NCBI RefSeq assembly: GCF_964213995.1
Contig: NW_027590253.1
Coordinates: 496,001-560,000, forward strand
Source of the DNA: Mustelus asterias
Lineage: Eukaryota
Length of the DNA stretch: 64,000 bases
Direction of reading: 5' to 3'
Shown: positions 51,727-64,000 of the stretch, piece by piece
Numbering within the stretch: position 1 is the stretch's first letter
Layout of the letters: every line of letters begins with the position of its first letter
The notes under the pieces: generated by a model
The model's database searches: none
What the model was told of the DNA's origin: nothing
Seen by the model: the letters and a program-made list of their open reading frames with translations, nothing else
Made by a program: the position numbers and the translations under genes

Positions 51727-52015
51727 CCGTCTCCTTTGTAATGAGCTTTACAGAAATAGGTGGCGGTGTCTTCAACTCTCACATCCCGAATTTCCAACGA
51801 AAATTTCTTTTCTGCTTTATTCACCGACACAACAAATCTCCCTCCGCCGGAGATCCACTCCCGCTCCGTTCCGGTCTGTGTTTGTTTGAAGAATTCCGCC
51901 CTCTCCAAAGCACGAGCATAGAATCCACCATAGAAAACACAGGTGATGGTGAGGGACTGACATTCCTTCCTGGTCACCGCTGCCGGGCTCTGTGTCACTG
52001 ACTGACTGAAAGATC
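51727..52015 (-). CDS. IgNAR-like NAR-TCR V exon
   Basis: Acceptor ttccag| at 52015; SFSQSVTQSPAAVTRKECQSLTITC...GGRF...EDTATYFCKAHYKGD; extra FR1 Cys, shortened CDR2 region; RSS CACAGTG(51726-20)-22-ACTAAAACT(51697-89). Confidence 0.9.
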
Positions 52016-52164
52016 CTGGAAATTAAACACAAGAGAGTTTAAAGGATCATCAGAGCTGAACCACACAACGGGGCTAAAACCCCAGACAGTGTCTGTAATT
52101 GGGATGGACTGGGGCAGCTTTATATTCAATCCACACAATGTAGTTTAGTGTGATCAGTACCCAC

Positions 52165-52207
52165 TGGGTAAATAGACACACAGGCTGAAAACGAGAAGAA
52201 TTCCCAT
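52165..52207 (-). CDS. Leader (signal peptide) exon of NAR-TCR V
   Basis: ATG at 52207, MGILLVFSLCVYLP then A|GTGGGT phase-1 donor, in frame with the V exon across a 149-bp intron. Confidence 0.85.
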
Positions 52208-52599
52208 CGCTCTGCTGCCCGGAGCTGATGGTTGATATGACGGGGAGCTGGAGACTGCAGAGCTGGACTGCTCTGGGACACTGGATCTCAGAGCGGAACT
52301 GAAAGACATCAGGCCCGAACGTCGTCAATTTTGGCCACGCCCATTGTTTAAAATAAATCTCGAGAATCTAAAGGTGGCGGAAAGCTGTGAACATTCAGTC
52401 AAGGTTCCATAGTTATCGCTGCCTCGGAGCTCCCGACCCGAGAATCTCGTCCCGCGACTCCTCTGGCTGTTGCCACCCAGAGTTTGGGAATGTCCCTCTT
52501 TGTCAAAAACAAGTAAGATTCTTATTCTTTTATTTTTTTTCAGTGTCCAAGTGCAGAGATAACCCTAACCCTAAGCCTAACCCTAATGAGTGCTGGGTC

Positions 52600-53540
52600 C
52601 ACTGTTATTTGTCACTGATATTAATGATTTGGATGAGAATTTAGGAGGCGTGGTTAGTAAGTTTGCAGATGACACCAAGATTGGTGGCATAGTGGACAGT
52701 GAAGAAGGTTATCAAGGATTGGGCTAGTGGACTGATGAATGGAAGATGGAGTTTTATTTAGATGAATGCAAGGTGATCCAAATTGGTCGGTCGAACCAGA
52801 ACAGGACTTACTCATTTAATGGGAGGGTGTTATGGAAAGCTATAGAACAAAAGGATCTCAGGGTACAGGTTCATAGTTCCTTGAAAGTGGAGTCTCAGGT
52901 GGACAAAGTGGTGAAGAAGGCATTCAGCATGCTTGGTTTCATCAGTCAGAACATTGAATACGGGTGTTAGGACGTCTTGCTGAAGTTGCACAAGACATTG
53001 GTAAGGCCACATTTTGGATACTGTGTATAGTTCTTGTCAACCTATTACAGAAAGGATATTATTAAACTAGAAATAGTGCAGAAAAGATTTACTAGGATGC
53101 TACCAGGACTTGATGGTTTGAGTTATAAGGAGAGGCTGGATATACTGGGACTTTTTAGGGTTGATCTTATAGAGGTCTATAAAATAGCGAGGGCATCGAT
53201 CAGTTTGATGGTCAACATATTTTCCAAAAGGCGGGAGAGTCTACAACTAGAGGGCATAAGTTTAAGTTGAGAAGGGAGAGATACAAGAGGGTCCAGAAGG
53301 GCAATTTTTAACAAAGAGGGTGGCGAATGCCTGGAACAAACCGCTAGAGGCCGTAGTAGAGGCGGATACAATTTTGTCTTTTAAAAAGATTTTGGACAGT
53401 TCCATGGGTAAAATGAGTATGGAGGGATATGGGCCAAACGTGGGCAATTGGGACTAGCTTAGTGGTTAATAAAAGGGCGACATGGACAAGTTGGGCCAAA
53501 AGGCCTGTTTCTATGCTGTAAACGTCTATGACTCTATGAC
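52600..53540 (+). mobile_element. CR1 3' fragment
   Basis: SKFADDTKIGG...VQKRFTRMLPGL..; (ctatgact) tail. Confidence 0.85.
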
Positions 53541-53569
53541 TGCGGAACACACAGGGTGAAGTGAGTGTG

Positions 53570-54250
53570 ATAGACACTAGCTTCAAGAAGGTTTCACACC
53601 ACAAGTCCAGACAGATAGATGGGTGACTGCCAGGACAGGCAGGCATATAATGCAGGAGTCTCCTGTGGCGCTTCCCCTCTCAAACAAGTATACCGTTTTG
53701 GATACTGTTGGGGAGGTGGTGGGGCGGAGGGGGTGGGGGGAATAACCTCTCAGGGGAAAATACCAGCAGTAGCCAGGCCTGTGGCACCACAACTGGTTCT
53801 GCTGTAGAGCAGGGTCGAGCTAAGTTCAAGCGAGTTAAAGTTGTGGGAGACTCGATAGCCAGGGGCACAGTCAGGCGTTTCTGTGGCAGCGACAGACATT
53901 CTAGGATGCTGTGGTCCCTCGCAGGTTCCAGGGTCCTGGGTGTCTCTGAGCAGGTACAGGCATCCTGAAACGGAAGGGTGAACAGATAGATGTCATTGTC
54001 CATATTGGCACGAATGACAGAGGCAGGAAAGGGGAAGAGGTCCTGTGAAGAAAATTCAGGGAGTTAAGTTGAGAGCTATGAGCAGGACCTCTGGGGTAGT
54101 AATCTCAGGATTACCGCCCCCCCCCCCCCGCCCCCGCCATGCCACGTGCTAGTGAGGCTTGCAACAGGGAGATAATACAGTTGAATACGTGGCTGAAGAG
54201 CCGGTGTATGAGGGAGGGCTTTAGAGATATGAATCACCGGGATGTTTTCA
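53570..54250 (+). mobile_element. CR1 ORF1 (SGNH/esterase-like) fragment
   Basis: VKVVGDSIARGTVRRFCG; VIVHIGTND in another frame. Confidence 0.75.
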
Positions 54251-54379
54251 GGCAACTGAAGGATCTTATTGGAGGATTGTGCTATATTTTTCTTGTTCCT
54301 ATTATTTTATTTTAATACAATTTAATGCAAATGAACCTATTCACAGAATCGATACCAATCTCAGGAACAGCGATAGGCG

Positions 54380-54670
54380 AACTCGAAGACATACACACAC
54401 GAACACATTCACAAACTCAAACAGACACACGAAAACTCACAGGCACACACACAAACACATATACGGATATACACAATCTCAGACAAGCAGCTGCAGGCAA
54501 ACTGGCAGACACACACAAACACATTCACGGACGCACACAGACATGCAAACAAAAACACAGACTTACATAAACACAAGCACAGACACACACTCACAGACAT
54601 GCAGACAAACAGACAAACACATAGACATGCACACCATCAAACGCACTCTCATAAACACAGAGACAAACTG
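54380..54670. repeat. Degenerate (CA)n tract
   Basis: CA-rich low-complexity sequence. Confidence 0.8.
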
Positions 54671-55109
54671 AGACAATGAAGGGTTGAAGTCAATTTCACT
54701 CTAATCCATCTGCTGGGCACTAAGATAATAAGAGAAGCAAATCTAAAGCTCGTTGTGTTGGGTTTGTTGTGAAATGAGAAAAAGTATAAATATACCGCAT
54801 AGCTCAGAATGGGACTGGAATTGATGATTTCTCAGCTGTCTGTGATCTCTTTGAACAAATATAGAATTGGAGAGATTTTAACGCGTGAATTGTAATATCT
54901 AATGGCGTAAAGTATCTGGGTGCAGAGTGGATTTGATAAAGGCTGGAAGACAGACTGAGGTAATGAGATTGAAGCTGCTGTTCTGAGTGAATGGTTTTTT
55001 TGCAGGGAGCGATGGATGGGGGAGAGAGGGATGGATGGAGAGAGGGAGGGAGAGTGAGATGGATGGAGGAAGAGATGGATCGATAGGGGTGAATGTGAGA
55101 AGCTGAAGT

Positions 55110-56935
55110 TTATAGAACATTGAACATAGAATATTACAGTGCAGTACAGATCTTTCGGCCCTCGATGTTGCGCCGACCAGTGGAACCAATCTAAAGCCCC
55201 TCTAATCTACACTATTCCAATATCATCCATATGTTTATCCAATAACCATTTGAATGCTCTCAATGTTGACGAGTCCACTACTGCTGCAGGCAGGGCATTC
55301 CACGCCCTTACTACTCTCTGAGTAAAGAACCTACCTCTAACATCTGTCCTATATCTCTCACCCCTCAATTTAAAGCTATGTCCCCTCGTGTTAGCCATCA
55401 CCACCCGAGGAAAAAGGCTCTCACTATCCACCCTATCTAATCCTCTGATCATCTTGTATGCCTCTATTAAGTTACCTCTTAACCTTCTTCTCTCTAACGA
55501 AAACAACCTCAAGTCCCTCAGCCTTTCCTCATACGATCTTCCCACCATACCAGGCAACATCCTGGTAAATCTCCTCTGCACCCTTTCCAACGCTTCCACA
55601 TCTTTCCTATAATGTGGTGACCAGAACTGTACGCAATACTCCAAGTGCGGCCGCACCAGAGTTTTATACAGTTGCAGCACGACCTCATGGCTCTGAAAGT
55701 CAATCCCTCTACCAATAAAAGCTAACACACCGGATGCCTTCTTAACAACCCTATCAACCTGGGCGCCAACTTTCAGGTATCTATGCACCTGGACACCCAG
55801 ATCCCTCTGTTCATCCACACTACCAAGTATCTTACCATCAGCCCAGTACTCTGTATTCCTGTTACTACTTCCAAAGTGAATCACCTCACACTTTTCCGCA
55901 TTAAACTCCATTTGCCACCTCTCAGCCCAGCTCTGCAGCTTATCTATGTCCTTCTGTAACCTGCCACCTCCCTCCGCACTGTCTACACCTCCACCGACTT
56001 TAGTGTCATCCGCAAATTTACTAATCCATCCTTCCACGCCCTCATCCAGGTCATTAATAAAAATGACAAACAGCAGTGGCCCCAAAACAGATCCTTCCGG
56101 TACACCACTAGTAACTGAACTCCAGGATGAATATTTCCCATCAACCAGCAACCTCTGTTTTCTTACAGTTAGCCAATTCCTGATCCAAACCACTAATTCA
56201 CGCTAAATCCCATGTGTCCGTATTTTCTTCCAAAGCTTACCATGGGGAACCTTATCAAACGCTTTGCTGAAATCCATAAACACCACATCAACTGTTATAC
56301 CCTCATCCACCTCTTTGTCACCTTCTCAAAGAACTCAATAAGGTTTGTGAGACACGACCTACCCTTCACAATACTGTGCTGACTATCCCTAATCAAATTA
56401 TTCCTTTCTGGATGATTATCAATCCTATCTCTTAAAATATTTTCCAAAACTTTGCCCACAACAGAAGTAAGGCTCACTGGTCTATAATTACCAGGGTTGT
56501 CCCTACTTCCCTTCTTGAACAAGGGGACAATATTTGCTATCTTCCAGTCTTCTGGCACTGTTCCTGTAGACAATGACGACACAAAGATCAAAGCCAAAGG
56601 CTCTGCAATCTCCTCTCTAGCCTCCCAGAGAATCCTAGGATAAATCCCATCCGGCCCAGGGGAATTATCTATTTTTACCCTTTCCAGAATTGTTCACATC
56701 TCCTCCTTATGAACCCCAATCCCGTCCAGTCCAACAGCCTGCATCTCAGTACTCCCCTCGACAACATTGTCCCTCTCATGTGTGAATACCGACGAAAAAT
56801 ATTCATTTAGTGCCTCTCCTATCTCTTCAGACTCCACGCACAACTTCCCACTACTGTCCTTGACTGGCCCTAATCTTACCCTCGTCATTCTTTTACTCCT
56901 GACATACCTATAGAAAGCTTTAGGGTTTTCCTTTG
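55110..56935 (-). mobile_element. 5'-truncated CR1 LINE
   Basis: ORFs 56694-56888, 56295-56597 and 55207-56193 encode the RT and C-terminus (FADD), frameshifted. Confidence 0.92.
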
Positions 56936-57614
56936 GCCGGTCGGCTATATGACATTATATTATTGCATCCTTATGTTAAGAAAAAGTGGAGTGAACGGTA
57001 ATGCAAAAGAGAAGTCAACATTTCAGTGAGTTACTGAAGCCTCTGAGCGTGATCATTTTATCTTTGTAGTTCTTGGATCAAACCTACCGAATTAACATAA
57101 ATAAGAAAATTTATTGGCGGTGCTAAGAGACATGATTGATAAGAGTGGAACACTGGAAACCAAAACAGATGGCAGACCAGAAAGAAAATATCGGAAAATT
57201 TATTTCTGAGAGAAGTTTTATACTAGCAATAATCCATTCTCCAAGGTAAAGTACTCCCTCCAACCCTTCGTCCGGAGAGAATGGCTTTGTTCCCATTTCA
57301 CTGACAGCTGCTACCAGAAGATATGCCACTCGTCTGTCGCATCTACTAACACAAGTGATGCGCTCTCATGCATCAAGTGTGGCTGGCCAGCAGTATGGCC
57401 TGTTCTTACCGCCTGTTAGGGATGAAGTTCTGAGATTGGACTAGACACAGTACCGTCTGTCTGGGCCGCAGTTCGATGAGACATGGCGCCATCAGACCTT
57501 CGTGAACCGCCAACACACTTTCAGTTCATTTATTAGAAAATTGTACAATGCGAGTGCAATCCAGGGGATGAGGGCAAAACAAAACTTCTACAGTTCGATG
57601 ATCTTACCCTCGAG

Positions 57615-57870
57615 ATCAGAGTGGTTAACAGAGCTGGCTCAGCGGCAGTGAGCCGGGTTCAATTTCGGCCTCGGTGTCTCTCTATGTGGAGTTTTCGCAT
57701 TCTCCATTTCTTCATTGGTTTCGTCCGGGTGCTCTGGTTTCCTCCCACACTTCAAAGATCTGTAAGCTAGATGGGTTAGCATGGGGTGTGTGGGGAATGG
57801 GCTGTTCGTAGAGTCAGTGCAGTGTCGATAGGCCGAATAGCCTCCTTCTGCACTGTCAGGATTCCCTAAT
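57615..57870 (+). mobile_element. Degenerate HE1-like SINE
   Basis: ggttcaatt B-box-like, tccgggtgctctggtttcctcccaca core. Confidence 0.6.
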
Positions 57871-59044
57871 GAAGCAAGGTGAAGGGACTTAGAATGATGG
57901 AAGATCATTGGCCAGCAATTTGTTGAAGAAAAAGTGATGCATTCAGTTTTCCAGCGAGAGTCAAACAAGCGGTTAATCAACTTTCCCATAGCATTTGCTC
58001 TTTGGCTGTACTCGAAATACAATGCAACTATGGGAAGCTGCTGCAGCAGGATTTCCATCACCACTTCCTCGGGAAAATAAATGCTGACAGCCATCCTTAC
58101 AGTTAGGCATCTATAACAAATTTTGACTGAAGCATATCCGATAGAAAGGATTTACAGGTAAACATTGGTCTCGCGATATTAGGTGAGAGGAAATTAAAAA
58201 AATACTGAACTGACGAATGAGTTTGGAGAGGTGACGTGTAAAACGAGCAAGAGAAGTTCTAGGAACTGGTAATAGGATGTGAAATCCAACCACAAACAGA
58301 CCAAAGGAAATCAACAAAATTTCAACTGTTCAAATTGTGGAGATCGGTGGGGCAGGGAAAGGGGTGGGGCGGGGTGGGCCGGTGGAAGGAAACGATCCTA
58401 GAAGTTGCAAGAAAAGTATGAAGAGTCGAGGTTTGTGAAAAATTGAGAAATCTTATAAATTAGTCAGAACAGAAACATTCTTATTGAAGGCCTTTGGACA
58501 TTACCAACAATGGAAGGAAATTAGGGTGAGCGAAAAGTGCTATTCGGATCAAATGGACATAAATAAGAGCCAACGTCAACCACTTGGCTATTGTAGACAC
58601 CTCTATCATTCAATAAGTTCATGGGTGTTTCAATCTTGGTGTGAACTACACGTTGCCACGTGTTCCCCACAACACTTGAATTCCCTGTAGTTCGAACAAT
58701 TGTCTAACTCAGCATTTGATTCATCCAGTGACACAGCATTGGCTGCTCTTTGAGGAAGAACATTATAAGGACCATAGGACTTCTGACGGAAAAAAACGTA
58801 CCTCTCATCGCAGTATTGAATGGAAACATCATGGCCAGAATTCTCCCATCCCGCTCGCCAGGAGAATTGTAGCGGGTGGGGGGTGGGCCATGTAACGGTC
58901 CATTGACCTCTGGCTGGATTCTCTGGATTTTGAGACGAGCATGCCCAGAGAATCACTCCATTAATAGTTAGAAAGTGCCCCTAATTCCAGATTTCCTCAA
59001 CGAACATGTGCAGCGAAGAGTTGTTGCAGGAGAGTTGTTGCATT

Positions 59045-61295
59045 TTATTCATACGTTCGGAACAAAAGGGTTGTTAGGGAAAAAATCGGACCTCTCAGGG
59101 ACAAAAGTGGGGAATTATGCTTGGAGCCCAAAGAAGTAGGGGAGATCCTAAATGAATACTTTGCGTCGATATTCACAAAGGAGAGGGATGTGTTGACTGG
59201 GAGTGTCTCGGAGGGGAGTGTTGAACCGTTGGAGAAAATCTCCATTACAAAGGAGGAAGTGTTAGGTTTGTTAGAGAATATAAAGACTGACAAATCCCCA
59301 GGGCCTGGTGGAATCTATCCAAGGCTGCTCAGGGAGACGAGAGGTGAAATCGATGGGCCTCTGACGCAAATCTTTGTCTCGTCACTGGACGCAGGTGAGG
59401 TCCCAGAGGATTGGAGGATAGCTAATGTGGTCCCGTTATTTAAGAAGGGTAGGAAGGATAACCCGGGTAATTATAGGCCAGTGAGCTTGACGTCCGTGGT
59501 GGGGAAGTTGTCGGAGAAGATTCTTAGAGATAGGATGTATGCGCATTTAGAAAGGAATAAACTCATTAACGATAGTCAGCATGGTTTTGTGAGAGGGAGG
59601 TCATGCCTCACTAACCTGGTGGTGTTTTTTGAAGAAGTGACCAGAATGGTTGACGAAGGAAGGCCGTGGATGTTGTCTATATGGACTTTAGTAAAGCGTT
59701 TGACAAAGTCCCTCATGGTAGGCTAGTGAAAAAGGTTGGATCTCATGGGATAAAGGGGGAGGTGGCTAGATGGTTGGAGAACTGGCTTGGTCATAGAAGA
59801 CAGAGGGTGGTAGTGGAAGGGTCTTTTTTCCGGCTGGAGGCCTGTGACTAGTGGTGTTCCGTATTGGGACCTCTGCTGTTTGTGATTTATGTAAATGATC
59901 TGGAAGAAGGAGTAACTGGGGTGATCAGTAAGTTTGCGGACGACACAAAACTGGCAGGACTTGCAGATAGTGAGGAACATTGTCAGAGGCTACAGAAGGA
60001 TATAGATAGGCTGGAAATTTGGGCAAAGAAATGGCAGATGGAGTTCAATCCTGATAAATGCGAAGTGATGCATTTTGGTGGGAATAATGTAGGGAGGAGC
60101 TACACGATAAATGGAAGAACCATAAAGGGTGTAGAGACGCAGAGGGACCTGGGTGTGCAAGTCCACAGATCTTTGAAGGTGACGTCACAGGTGGAGAAGG
60201 TGGTGAAGAAGGCATATGGCATGCTTGCCTTTATAGGACGGGGCATAGAGTATAAAAGTTGGGGTCTGATGTTGCAGATGTATAGAACGTTGGTTCGGCC
60301 GCATTTGGAATACTGCGTCCAGTTCTGGTCGCCACACTACCAGAAGGACGTGGAGGCTTTGAAGAGAGTACAGAGGAGGTTTACCAGGATGTTGCCTGGT
60401 ATGGAGGGGCTTGGTTATGAGGAGAGATTGGGGAAACTGGGGTTGTTCTCCTTGGAAAGACGGAGGATGAGGGGAGACTTAATAGAGGTGTATAAAATTA
60501 TGAAAGGCATAGACAGGGTGAACGATGGGAAGCTTTTCCCCGGGTCGGTGGTGACGTTCACGACGGGTCATAGGTTCAAGGTGAAGGGGGGGAGGTTTAA
60601 CACAGATATCAGAAGGACATATTTTACACAGAGGGTCGTGGAGGCCTGGAATGTTTTGCCGGGCAAGGTGGTGGAGGCGGACACACTGGGAACGTTTAAG
60701 ACTTATCTAGACATCTATATGAACGGAGTGGGAATGGAGGGATACAAAAGAGTGGTCTAGTTTGGACCAGGGAGCGGCGCGGGCTAATTGTTCTTTGTTT
60801 CTCGTTTCAAGGCTTCATTCTATGATCATCTTGCTGGTGCCAGTACAGAGCGAGACTGCGGATAGTTGGGAACCTGTCTCGGGGGCAGGGAATTCAGATG
60901 GTGTTCGTAAAGCAGAAGTGGAAATGAATAGGGTTGGGAAGCATTTTCTGATCAGGGCCAGTGTGATCTCCTGGACTCGTTTCGATCGCCTCAGGGGGTC
61001 GGAGAGGAATTTCCCAGATTTTTTTCCCCCATATTGGCCCTGGGGTTTTCACTCTGGGTTTTCGCCTCTCCCTGGAGATCACATGGTCTGGAATTGGGGG
61101 GTGCGGGTGAGTTAATAGGTTGTGATGAACAAAGCATCGTAGCTGTGAGGGACAGCTCGGTGGATAGGATATTAGGATGTAGATAGGCTGGAAAATTGGG
61201 CGGGGATCCTGGATTCAGGATTCAATCCTGGACCGGGGAGCGGCGCGGGCTTGGAGGGCCGAAGGGCCTGTTCCTGTGCTGTATTGTTCTTTGTT
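59045..61295 (+). mobile_element. Young 5'-truncated CR1 LINE with an extended 3' UTR
   Basis: ORFs 59121-59726, 59666-59851 and 59864-60760 (RT, FADD); terminal gggccgaagggcctgtt..(ttgttct)n. Confidence 0.92.
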
Positions 61296-61649
61296 CTTGT
61301 TGTTCTTTGAGAGCTTCCTCTCAGAAGCGGACCCTTCTTACCTCCTCCTAATCTCACAATGTCCAATAAGAGCACCTCGCATTACTCCTAACTCTACTGA
61401 GTACAGGCACATACTACTCAACGTTCTTCGTAAGAGTACCCGTTTTGCCCAAATGAGGATCAAGAGAGTGAAAGTTAGCTGAACCCGTACCAAAGCATGT
61501 ATATTTATTCGCACATATTGAGAAAAAAAACTTTGCAGAATAATCTATGCGTGATCTCATGTATGTTCTCGTCCAGTTGCAGCAGAGAAAATAGAAAGGG
61601 AACAAGTTATATCATCGTCACGAGAGAAAATGCACTGAGCGATTGTGCT

Positions 61650-63080
61650 TGACGGCAGGCAAGCCCCCAGAGCCTGGCTGCCTTCGTGTCAATGACCTTA
61701 AATTGTATGGCGTTGGAGAGAGTGCATCCATTTGCTACAATATTCTCAAATTTACTGGATGTGGATGTGGTTCCAGTGAATATCAAAAATGTTAATGTAA
61801 CATCCTTATTCAAAAAGGGGGGAAGCAAAAGTAGGAATCTATTTGTTTAACATCCATCATTGGGAAATTGTTCGAATCAATTTTAAAGGAAGTAATAGCA
61901 GGATGTGGAGGAAGTGAAAATGCAATTCACCAGCCCCAGCACGGTGTTATGAAACGTAAACCGTATTTTGCTTGAGATCTTCGAAGATGCAAATAGTAAA
62001 ATGGGTAATGCAGATCCTGTCGATGTAGACCTGAAGTCCAAAATGTATTTGTAACGTGCCATGCAAAATGATAATACACATGTTTACTTAACGTGATATT
62101 CGGGATGATTTATAAGCTTGGATAGAGGATAGATTAACCAACATGAAGCAGAGATTCGGTCTAAATGGGTTATTTGTGTGTTGTCGAGATGTATCGAGTC
62201 GGATGCCACAGGGATCAGTCCTCCAGCTCCATTTCTTTACGAACCATGTTAATTAATTTGATGCACGCATTGTAGATATCACCGTCAATTTACGGATGAC
62301 ACAAAGATCGGTGGGAGTCTAAGGTGTAACAGTTAAATAAGAAACTAAAAATTGAATAGGTTTAGGGTAAATTAATGTGGCAAAATTTGGCAAATGGAGT
62401 TTAACATGGATGAATGTGAGGTTATCCATCTTGGTAGGAAAAATATACAAAGGCAAATTATTTTCTCATTGGAGAGATACTTCGGAGTGTTTTGGTGCAG
62501 AGGGTTCTGGGTGTTCGTGTATATGATTCACAGAAAACTAATATGCACGTACAGCAGCTATCAATGAGGGCAAATAGAGTCTTGGCATTTAGTTTAATGG
62601 AATAGAATATAAAAATAGCAATGTGGTGCTGCTACTATACAATGCATTAGTGAGACGGGACTTAGCATATTGTGCACAGTTTTGGTCCCGTTTATGACGA
62701 TGGATGCAATTGCATTGGATGCACTTCAGAGAAGGTTCACTCGTTTGATTCCAGAGATGAGGGGTTTGACCTACGAAGAGATTTGTCAGTTTAGGCCTAT
62801 GCACCTTCCAGTTTAGAAGAATGAAGGGCGATCTAATTGAGGTAATCAATATGATCAGAGAGATTGTCAAAGTAGACGTGCAAAGCATGTTTCCTCTTTT
62901 AGGGGGCAATGAGGAACAAGAGATCCTAGTTTTAGATGATGGTTTACTGCAGAGATGAGGAGCAATTGCTTCTCTCAAATGGTCGTGAGTCCATGCAATT
63001 CATTACCCATTCGGCTTCGAGCAAATTAAAGGAAGAGGGTTACAGATTTTTAATTAGAATGGGTTTGAAGTGCTATAGGA
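61650..63080 (+). mobile_element. Old degenerate CR1-like LINE
   Basis: Remnants NVTSLFKKG, PQGSVL, DDTKIGG, YCAQFWS, RRMKGDLIEV with many stops. Confidence 0.7.
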
Positions 63081-63089
63081 AAGGGGCAA

Positions 63090-63350
63090 GAAAGAGAGAG
63101 AGAGAGACAGAGAGAGACAGAGAGAGAGAGTATGTGTTGAGCAGGGAGTCTTTGTCTGTCGGTGTGTCTGCCTGTGTGTGAGGGCCGATGTGAGTGTATG
63201 CGTCTGTGTGATAGTCTTTGCGAAAATGCGTGTGCATTCGTAAGATATTCTGCGTTCCTTCTGTTTTTGTCTGGTTGTGTGCATGTGTGTGTATATGTGT
63301 GTGCAGGTCTGTGTACGACAGCATGAATACGACAGAGAGTGTGTCTGAAT
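63090..63350. repeat. (GA)n / degenerate (TG)n tract
   Basis: Visible low-complexity sequence. Confidence 0.75.
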
Positions 63351-64000
63351 ATGAGATGCACAAATGTGAACGCATGTTTATGCACATGATTCTCAGTATC
63401 TGTGTGAAATTTAGTTTGTAAAACAGAAGCATATTGTCATTTGGAACATAATCACTTGAACCATCCTATCCCTTCTGGATGTTAACAAAGTCAGGAATAA
63501 TTGAAGTACCATTTTGGCTCTGTATTTATTGTGTGTTAGGGAACCGTCCACCTGTTTCTGCGGAATAAACAGTGAAACATTCCCTGATAAATGCTTGTGA
63601 AATTTGTTGAGGTAATTGGGTGCAAGTTTTGATTGCAACTAATTTGCTTTCTCGGTTTCACAGTAACTTATAGAATTATAGACAAAGAGCTGCAAAATTG
63701 GGTAGTTTGTTTATCCCTCATTTCTGACCCAGCAAGGACACAATGTGAATCAAGGCTGTTAAGATATAAAACATAAAATATGTGTCTAAAAAATTGTGTT
63801 TTCAAACTTTAAAGAACCATTGTGTGAAATTGAGGCAACTAAATTGAAAATATTAAAATATCTTTAACAGCATCCATTATGGAAGATTAAACATTGACAA
63901 TGTCTGTCAGAAGAATTAGAGGGCAGAAAAATTGACCCATTTCCATTCCGATTGGGACCAAAATCTGATAGCTGGATCAAATGTACAGATTGCTGTCTAC

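Overview
Repeat-rich vertebrate genomic DNA, most likely from a shark or other elasmobranch (inferred from HE1-like and DeuSINE-like SINEs, CR1/Tx1/Penelope retroelements and the antigen-receptor genes). The left part (~3-36 kb) is a cluster of effector-less tandem C2H2 zinc-finger genes: two apparently intact genes arranged head-to-head around a CpG-island promoter, one with a decaying tail, and one truncated. Their homologous non-coding first exons have been hit repeatedly by LINE-like insertions, including a full-length Tx1/L1-clade element and a second truncated copy 4 bp from the same site. The right part (48.2-52.2 kb, minus strand) holds a complete, apparently intact germline NAR-TCR cassette: leader, IgNAR-like V (22-RSS), D (12/12-RSS), J (22-RSS) and a leaderless supporting TCR-delta V (23-RSS). 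All splice phases are compatible and both extra cysteines are present. Unusual details of the cassette: a tandemly triplicated 23-RSS with an embedded splice donor, in-frame V/D/J microhomologies, and an orientation pointing into the ZNF cluster with no TCR-delta D/J/C recognised in the window. Everything was read by eye, and repeat boundaries are approximate.
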